Part shown: positions 57,805-63,859 of the stretch, piece by piece | Layout of the letters: each line of letters begins with the position of its first letter | Position numbering within the stretch: the first letter of the stretch is position 1 | Assembly: GCA_045612245.1 (NCBI GenBank) | Contig: JAZKYR010000108.1 | Location: 1 to 63,859, forward strand | Reading direction: 5' to 3' | DNA length: 63,859 nt | DNA from: Agathobacter sp. | GTDB lineage: Bacteria; Bacillota; Clostridia; Lachnospirales; Lachnospiraceae | Notes under the pieces: generated by a model | Seen by the model: only the letters and a program-made list of their open reading frames with translations | What the model was told of the DNA's origin: nothing | Database searches by the model: none | Translations under genes and position numbers: made by a program

Positions 57805-58719
57805 ATGGTCAAAGGATTGGTAACGGTATTTCCGACAAGTATTAGACCGAGAATGCGAAAGATAAATTGGGATGGTCTGGAGGAAATTCGTGTTCGTATC
57901 GGCTGGCCAGTGGAACTGATTTATGGGAATCACAATGAATGGCTTGGAAATTATGACAGTATGATAGACAGGCAGTGTTTGGATGAAATGCTCAATTACA
58001 TAACAGGATACTCTATATATGCATTGGATGAAGAAATTAGACAAGGCTATATTACTTTCTCTGGCGGTCATCGAATTGGAATTACTGGACATGCGACGTA
58101 TGAAGCACTACGAGATACTAGAGAACATAGGATTACCAATATTGTAGATATCGGAGGTCTAAATATCCGTATTGCACATGAGCGTAAAGGGTGCGCAGAG
58201 TGTATCGTACCATATTTGCGAAAAGAAGGGAGTATTTATAATACCTTGTTCTTTGCAGCTCCAGGAATAGGAAAGACAACCTATCTACGAGATGTGATAC
58301 GTATTTTGGGAAATGAGATGAAAATCAGTGTCATCGATGAACGATCGGAAATTGCAGCTTGTGTAAATGGGAAGCCACAAAATGATTTAGGCAAGCGAAC
58401 GGACGTCTTAGATGCTTGTCCTAAGGCGATTGGTATGAAAATGGTGCTTCGAACAATGTCTCCAGAGATTATTGCAGTCGATGAAATAGGGAAAAAAGAA
58501 GAGTTTGAATTGATGGAGCAGATGAGGTGCTCTGGGGTAAAGGTGTTAGGAACGATGCATGCTTCAAATATGGAGGAAGTACTTTTAAATCCAATGATTC
58601 GAACTGGTGTAGGGACTGGGGCGATCGAACGTTTTGTAGAATTAAAACGCTTAGATAATGGACATCGTAGGTTTCGGGTTTATGACGGACAAGGAAACAT
58701 GTTATGTGGAAGGTTTTAG
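57805..58719 (+). CDS. spoIIIAA: Stage III sporulation ATPase AA
   Basis: EEIRVR, GGHRIG, APGIGKTT, DERSEI and VDEIG motifs. Confidence 0.93.
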   Translation: MVKGLVTVFPTSIRPRMRKINWDGLEEIRVRIGWPVELIYGNHNEWLGNYDSMIDRQCLDEMLNYITGYSIYALDEEIRQGYITFSGGHRIGITGHATYEALRDTREHRITNIVDIGGLNIRIAHERKGCAECIVPYLRKEGSIYNTLFFAAPGIGKTTYLRDVIRILGNEMKISVIDERSEIAACVNGKPQNDLGKRTDVLDACPKAIGMKMVLRTMSPEIIAVDEIGKKEEFELMEQMRCSGVKVLGTMHASNMEEVLLNPMIRTGVGTGAIERFVELKRLDNGHRRFRVYDGQGNMLCGRF

Positions 58720-59201
58720 GGATGGCACTTCTTCTAGGAGGAGTTGCTGGTGTGTTATACAGTTGGATACTAGAGCAAAGGTCGCGGCAGAAGAGACTTG
58801 GAGAAATCATTGTATTTCTTCAAAGGACAGTTGGGATTATGGAGTGCGAGAAAATAAGGGTAACGGATTATTTAGATAGACAGGATTCTAAGACTTTAAA
58901 AGAAATTGCAAGGCGGCTGTCGACAAATACCTATGCAAAAGGTCAGGCGGTATGGGAAGAAGTTTTTAAGGAAGAGGAACAGAACTTATCACTTGACAAA
59001 GAAACATTCCAAATAATATTGCAGTCTGGCGAAGGTTTTTTTGGGAAAAGCCGTGAAGAGAATATACGATTTTTACAAAAAAGCATATCTGAGTTGGAAA
59101 GCAAACAGAAGGAGATAAAAATCCGGGATGCACAAGAGCGGAAAGTCTGGATTCCAGTTGGAATGCTAGGGGCAGTAATGCTCGTAATTATTTTGGTATA
59201 A
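58704..59201 (+). CDS. spoIIIAB: Stage III sporulation protein AB
   Basis: TM helices at both termini. Position in the operon. Confidence 0.8.
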   Translation: MWKVLGMALLLGGVAGVLYSWILEQRSRQKRLGEIIVFLQRTVGIMECEKIRVTDYLDRQDSKTLKEIARRLSTNTYAKGQAVWEEVFKEEEQNLSLDKETFQIILQSGEGFFGKSREENIRFLQKSISELESKQKEIKIRDAQERKVWIPVGMLGAVMLVIILV

Positions 59202-59215
59202 GGTAGAGGAAATAC

Positions 59216-59413
59216 ATGGAAATTACAATCATTTTTAAAATTGCTGCGGTCGGAATTATAATTACAGTTTTGGGACAGGTGTTAAAGCATAGTGGAAGAG
59301 ACGAACAGGCATTTTTACTTAGCTTAGTTGGACTAGTTATTGTTTTGTTTTGGGTTGTGCCATATATCAATGAGTTGTTTGAGGCGATGGAAGCATTGTT
59401 TTTAATCGGATAG
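59216..59413 (+). CDS. spoIIIAC: Stage III sporulation protein AC
   Basis: IFKIAAVGII...VLKHSGRDEQA. Confidence 0.92.
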   Translation: MEITIIFKIAAVGIIITVLGQVLKHSGRDEQAFLLSLVGLVIVLFWVVPYINELFEAMEALFLIG

Positions 59414-59418
59414 GAGGG

Positions 59419-59802
59419 ATGGATATTATAAAGATAGGGCTAATTGGGGTGGTGGCTGCTATTTTATCTTCCTTTATTCGAAAGGAACGTGCAGAGTTTT
59501 CTATGATATTAGGGATAGTGGCCGGTGCAATTGTTTTTTATTATGTAATCACACAGATTTCCGTAGTGGTGGGGTTTGTCACGGAAATATTGGAAATGGT
59601 TGATATGGAGGAAACATATTATTTGCAACTATTAAAGATGCTTGGAGTGGCCTATGTTGCAGAGTTTGCATCGTCTATTTGCAAAGATGCAGGTCAGCAG
59701 TCTGTGGCAGGAATGGTAGAACTTTTTGCTAAGATTTCAATTGTCGTACTGAGTATTCCTGGTTTAGTGTTTCTGGTGGAAACCTTGGAGAAATTTGTAT
59801 GA
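59419..59802 (+). CDS. spoIIIAD: Stage III sporulation protein AD
   Basis: LLKMLGVAYVAEFASSICKDAG. Confidence 0.92.
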   Translation: MDIIKIGLIGVVAAILSSFIRKERAEFSMILGIVAGAIVFYYVITQISVVVGFVTEILEMVDMEETYYLQLLKMLGVAYVAEFASSICKDAGQQSVAGMVELFAKISIVVLSIPGLVFLVETLEKFV

Positions 59803-60860
59803 ATGAATATTTGGAGCAAATTATTGAGACGTTGGATTTTGAGGTCCTAAACCAATTTCTGAATGAGCATATACGGATGAAAATGAGTTTTGAAGAACTT
59901 ATTAAGCAAATTAGCACGAATGGATTCGAAGCATTGAATAAGGAAAATATTACACAACTGTTCTTTGACGCCCTGCTTTATGAAGTGTCTGTCGCTAGAC
60001 CAATTTTCATAAAAATGTTGAGCTTTTCTATTTTGTTTTCAACCATACAGCGTTTGATAGTTTCCAAGAAGACTTATGTATCGAATATTGGGTTTTTGTT
60101 GATTTATTCTACTTTGATGGTGCTTCTTATGCAATCGTTCTTCTTAGTACGGGATATTGCATTAGAGGGAATGGATGGGATGTTAGCTTTTCTAAATGCA
60201 TTGATTCCTACCTATACTATGACAATGGTTTTTACAGGGAATGCAGTATCTGGAGCGATGACATATGAAGTGGCGTTTTTCTTGGTTTATTTCATAGCAT
60301 TTCTGATGAAAAACTTCTTAAGTCCTCTCATTCATGTATTCGTTCTTGCATTATTTCTCAATCATCTGTTTGAGGAAGATAAACTATCCAAGCTCGCGGA
60401 ATTTATGGAAAAAATGATTGGTCTAATTTTGAAATTATCAATTGGAGCGGTTGTGGGGTTAAGCGTTGTGCAATCGCTGCTAACACCAATGAAGGATCGA
60501 CTTGCAAATAATGTGTTATTATCGGGGATGTCCGCGATACCAGGCGTGGGAGGTGCTTTAGGTTCTGCTGGAGAAATACTGCTTAGTTGTGGGATGTTGA
60601 TAAAAAATAGTGTAGGAATCGTAGGACTTATTATTTTGCTTATTATTACTCTAATTCCAATAATAAAAATAGGATGTTTCTGGGGAATGTATCACATATT
60701 AGCGATTATCTTGCAGCCTATTGCAGATAAAAGAATTGTTGAATGTGTTTATGGTGTTGCCAGAGGCTGTGATTTGTATCTTAAAATCATTTTATACGCC
60801 ATGCTTTTATTTTTTGTTTTGATATCCATGGTAACGATGGCAACGAGTTTTGTTTTTTAG
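59799..60860 (+). CDS. spoIIIAE: Stage III sporulation protein AE
   Basis: IPGVG...IKNSVG and QPIADKRI motifs. Polytopic membrane protein. Confidence 0.88.
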   Translation: MNEYLEQIIETLDFEVLNQFLNEHIRMKMSFEELIKQISTNGFEALNKENITQLFFDALLYEVSVARPIFIKMLSFSILFSTIQRLIVSKKTYVSNIGFLLIYSTLMVLLMQSFFLVRDIALEGMDGMLAFLNALIPTYTMTMVFTGNAVSGAMTYEVAFFLVYFIAFLMKNFLSPLIHVFVLALFLNHLFEEDKLSKLAEFMEKMIGLILKLSIGAVVGLSVVQSLLTPMKDRLANNVLLSGMSAIPGVGGALGSAGEILLSCGMLIKNSVGIVGLIILLIITLIPIIKIGCFWGMYHILAIILQPIADKRIVECVYGVARGCDLYLKIILYAMLLFFVLISMVTMATSFVF

Positions 60861-60869
60861 GAGAAGAAG

Positions 60870-61154
60870 ATGTTGGAGTTTTTAAAGAACTACTATGTGT
60901 TCATGTTGATTTTATTGTTGTTTTCTTATCTGGTTCCGAAGGAAGAGTATAAAAGATACATACAGTTTTTTATTGGGATATTTGTTGTAGTGTTATTTTT
61001 GAGACCAATATTAGAGTTTTCAATTATTGATAACGAAAACCTTTTGCAAGAAGTATTTACAAAGTTCAATCAAGGGGTACTAAATTTGGATATGGAGATT
61101 GAGGAAGGGGAGAATATGTTTGAATATTTCTTTTTGGAAAGAAAAGGGGAGTAA
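60870..61154 (+). CDS. spoIIIAF: Stage III sporulation protein AF (short form)
   Basis: LVPKEEYKRYIQFFIG...LRP. Position in the operon. Confidence 0.8.
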   Translation: MLEFLKNYYVFMLILLLFSYLVPKEEYKRYIQFFIGIFVVVLFLRPILEFSIIDNENLLQEVFTKFNQGVLNLDMEIEEGENMFEYFFLERKGE

Positions 61155-61527
61155 ATATATTGTATATATTCTAGCGGGGCTTTTAATCCTGGTGATGTGT
61201 ATTCCAACAGGAACTAAGTCTACACAACAAAGGGTAGAAGAATCAGAAATTACAACAGGAGATTTAGAGGCTAAGCTAGAAAGAGTCCTTTCTGCTATGG
61301 AAGGAGTTGGAGAGGTAAAGGTCATGATTACAACAGAAGAGGGAAATGATAGTGTGTTTGACATGCAGGTGCAGGGACAGACGGTCTGTGGGGTGGTTGT
61401 GGTTGCTGAGGGCGCTGGAAATGCAACTGTTAATGCAAGAATTTCTGAGGCAGTCAAGGCATTATTCTCTATAGACGTGCATAAGATAAGTATAGTAAAA
61501 ATGAGTTCACAGGAGGAGCGCAAGTGA
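61099..61527 (+). CDS. spoIIIAG: Stage III sporulation protein AG (short form; start may be TTG 61120)
   Basis: LSAMEGVGEVKVMIT, GVVVVAEGAG and HKISIVKM motifs. Confidence 0.88.
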   Translation: MRKGRICLNISFWKEKGSKYIVYILAGLLILVMCIPTGTKSTQQRVEESEITTGDLEAKLERVLSAMEGVGEVKVMITTEEGNDSVFDMQVQGQTVCGVVVVAEGAGNATVNARISEAVKALFSIDVHKISIVKMSSQEERK

Positions 61528-62138
61528 AGGGAAAAATTCGCAAAAATCAGGTTGTAATTGCAACATTGGCAGTATTAATTGCCATAGCAGGGTACATAAG
61601 TTATGACAAAAATGGAATTGACTTGAAACCAGATAGTCAAGAAACGAATGCAAAAGAAAAGGAAACGGATAAAAATCTATGGGATAAGTTAGTATGGAAT
61701 GAAGAGAATACAGAGATTGCTTCTGATGAAGAAGCGGAACTTAACCCTGGAGAATCTATTTTGACGGGTAATATTATTAATGTGACGGATTATGCCGCTG
61801 CAGTAAAACTAAATCGAGAGCAGATTCGTGCAACGAATAAGGAAGCTCTGATGCAGATTGTAAACAATGAAGCCTTGTCCGAAGAAGCAAAGCAGGATGC
61901 AGTAAATAAACTTGTCCAAATGACGGATATTGCGGAAAAAGAAGCGAATGCAGAAATGCTTCTGGAAGCAAAAGGATTTACCAATGTCGTAGTCAGTATC
62001 AATGAGAATAGTTGTGATGTGGTGTTGGATATGGGGGAAGTGACTGATGCAAAACGTGCACAGGTTGAGGATATTGTGAAGCGTAAGACTGGTGTGTCTG
62101 CAGACAAAATTGTGATTACACCGCTTAATACAAATTAG
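61524..62138 (+). CDS. spoIIIAH: Stage III sporulation protein AH
   Basis: KNQVVI plus TM helix, KLNREQIR, EMLLEAKGF. Confidence 0.9.
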   Translation: MKGKIRKNQVVIATLAVLIAIAGYISYDKNGIDLKPDSQETNAKEKETDKNLWDKLVWNEENTEIASDEEAELNPGESILTGNIINVTDYAAAVKLNREQIRATNKEALMQIVNNEALSEEAKQDAVNKLVQMTDIAEKEANAEMLLEAKGFTNVVVSINENSCDVVLDMGEVTDAKRAQVEDIVKRKTGVSADKIVITPLNTN

Positions 62139-62150
62139 TATAAAATTTCG

Positions 62151-62179
62151 TTGAAATGCGGATAAATCTAAGGTATACT
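62151..62179 (+). promoter_or_regulatory. Sigma-A promoter of prfC
   Basis: TTGAAA, 17 bp, TATACT. Confidence 0.7.
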
Positions 62180-62245
62180 ATGTAGCGGTGTGCTTTTGCA
62201 CAATAAGAAACTAGTGTATTTGATATATATTTTGGAGGAACTCAG

Positions 62246-63838
62246 ATGAGTAACTTAAGAAAAGAAATAGAAAAAAGACGTACCTTTGCAATCATTTCCC
62301 ATCCGGATGCTGGTAAAACTACTTTAACAGAAAAATTCTTGTTATATGGTGGTGCTATCAACTTAGCAGGCAGTGTAAAAGGAAAGGCAACAGCACGTCA
62401 TGCAGTTTCTGACTGGATGGAAATTGAAAAACAGAGAGGTATTTCTGTTACTTCTTCCGTACTTCAGTTCAATTATGATGGATATTGCATTAATATTTTG
62501 GATACACCTGGACATCAGGACTTCTCGGAAGATACCTATCGTACACTTATGGCAGCCGACTCTGCAGTAATGGTTATCGATGGTAGCAAGGGTGTAGAAG
62601 CGCAGACTCGTAAGCTTTTCAAGGTTTGTGTAATGCGTCATATTCCTATTTTTACTTTTATCAATAAAATGGACCGCGATGCAAATGATACCTTTGATTT
62701 ATTAGGCGAAATTGAAAAAGAGCTTGGAATCGAAACTTGTCCAGTAAACTGGCCAATCGGTTCAGGTAAAGAATTTAAAGGTGTATACGATAGAAATACA
62801 AAACAGGTTCGCCTTTTCTCGGATACCTTAAAAGGTACGAAAGAAGGGAAAGAAGAGATTTTGGATATCGATGATCCAGCTTTAATTGAAAAAATCGGTC
62901 AGGATAAATACGACCAGCTTATGGATGAAGTGGAACTCTTAGATGGAGCGAGTGCGGAATTTGATATTGACCTTGTTTCAAAAGGGGAATTATCACCAGT
63001 ATTCTTTGGTTCTGCGCTTACTAACTTTGGTGTAGAAACATTTTTACAGCACTTCTTACAGATGACTTATTCACCACTTGCTCGTAAAGCAGATACAGGA
63101 ATCATTGATCCATTTAACGAAGATTTCTCAGCTTTCGTATTTAAGATTCAGGCGAATATGAACAAGAACCACAGAGACCGTATCGCATTTATGCGTATTT
63201 GTTCTGGTAAGTTTGATGCAGGTATGGATGTGTTCCATGTGCAGGGAAATAAGAAAATCAAACTTTCTCAGCCTCAGCAGATGATGGCAGATGAAAGAAA
63301 GATGGTAGAAGAGGCTTATGCAGGCGATATTATTGGTATTTTCGATCCAGGTATTTTCTCAATTGGTGATACACTCACTACTGCAAAGGATAAATTCCAG
63401 TTTGAAGGTATTCCTACATTCGCGCCAGAACACTTTGCTCGTGTGCGACTTGTAGACTCTATGAAACGTAAACAGTTCGTAAAAGGTGTTACACAGATTG
63501 CACAGGAAGGTGCGATCCAGATTTTCCAGGAATACAAGGGAGGCATGGAAGAAATCATCGTAGGTGTAGTAGGTGTACTTCAGTTTGACGTATTAAAATT
63601 CCGTTTGGAAAGCGAATATAACGTAGAAATTCGTCTTGAAAATCTTCCATACGAACATATTCGTTGGATTGAAAATAAAGATGAAGTAGATGTAGATGCA
63701 TTAAGCGGAACATCTGATATGAAGAAGGTTATCGATATGAAAGGTAATCCATTGCTTTTATTTGTCAATGCATGGAGTGTTGGCATGACTCTGGATAGAA
63801 ACAGTGGTCTTGTGCTGACTGAATTCGGCAGAAATTAA
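62246..63838 (+). CDS. prfC: Peptide chain release factor 3
   Basis: RRTFAIISHPDAGKTT, RGISV, DTPGHQDF, NKMD and FKIQANM motifs. Confidence 0.97.
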   Translation: MSNLRKEIEKRRTFAIISHPDAGKTTLTEKFLLYGGAINLAGSVKGKATARHAVSDWMEIEKQRGISVTSSVLQFNYDGYCINILDTPGHQDFSEDTYRTLMAADSAVMVIDGSKGVEAQTRKLFKVCVMRHIPIFTFINKMDRDANDTFDLLGEIEKELGIETCPVNWPIGSGKEFKGVYDRNTKQVRLFSDTLKGTKEGKEEILDIDDPALIEKIGQDKYDQLMDEVELLDGASAEFDIDLVSKGELSPVFFGSALTNFGVETFLQHFLQMTYSPLARKADTGIIDPFNEDFSAFVFKIQANMNKNHRDRIAFMRICSGKFDAGMDVFHVQGNKKIKLSQPQQMMADERKMVEEAYAGDIIGIFDPGIFSIGDTLTTAKDKFQFEGIPTFAPEHFARVRLVDSMKRKQFVKGVTQIAQEGAIQIFQEYKGGMEEIIVGVVGVLQFDVLKFRLESEYNVEIRLENLPYEHIRWIENKDEVDVDALSGTSDMKKVIDMKGNPLLLFVNAWSVGMTLDRNSGLVLTEFGRN

Positions 63839-63859
63839 TTTTTACAAATCTAATTAGGG

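Overview
Core-chromosome segment of a low-GC, spore-forming Bacillota organism. Gene content and order point to Lachnospiraceae (inference). In order it holds: PnuC transporter, DUF2812-PadR pair, orphan MsmX-type ABC ATPase with a CdaR/PucR regulator, a gyrase-paralogous type IIA topoisomerase pair (likely Topo IV) run into folC-folE-folP-folBK, CIRCE-controlled groES-groEL, an SH3-NlpC/P60 hydrolase, a small island of hypothetical genes, T-box-controlled thrS, a DUF2156-GNAT fusion, lgt, the mraZ-ftsZ dcw cluster with spoVD, spoIIGA-sigE, a beta-CASP nuclease, a sortase-anchored surface protein, tldD/tldE, an ion-homeostasis locus, bioY, a displaced sigG, preQ1-riboswitch queT with argS, spoIIIAA-AH and prfC. 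I saw no rRNA, tRNA, CRISPR array, transposase, integrase or prophage. The best candidates for undescribed biology are: (1) a KdpFABC-less KdpDE-like module with a Na/Pi symporter, two tandem CaCA antiporters, a 45-aa membrane ORF missing from the ORF track and a thrice-repeated TCTTAAC-N4-TCTT box; (2) a 165-bp multibranched element with perfect 15-bp terminal inverted repeats fused to the groEL stop codon; (3) a possible RNA switch before pnuC; (4) a recurring design in which terminator hairpins embed the next promoter; (5) a surface protein with a putative HF/S autoproteolysis motif. All calls come from reading motifs by eye; no database search or folding computation was run.
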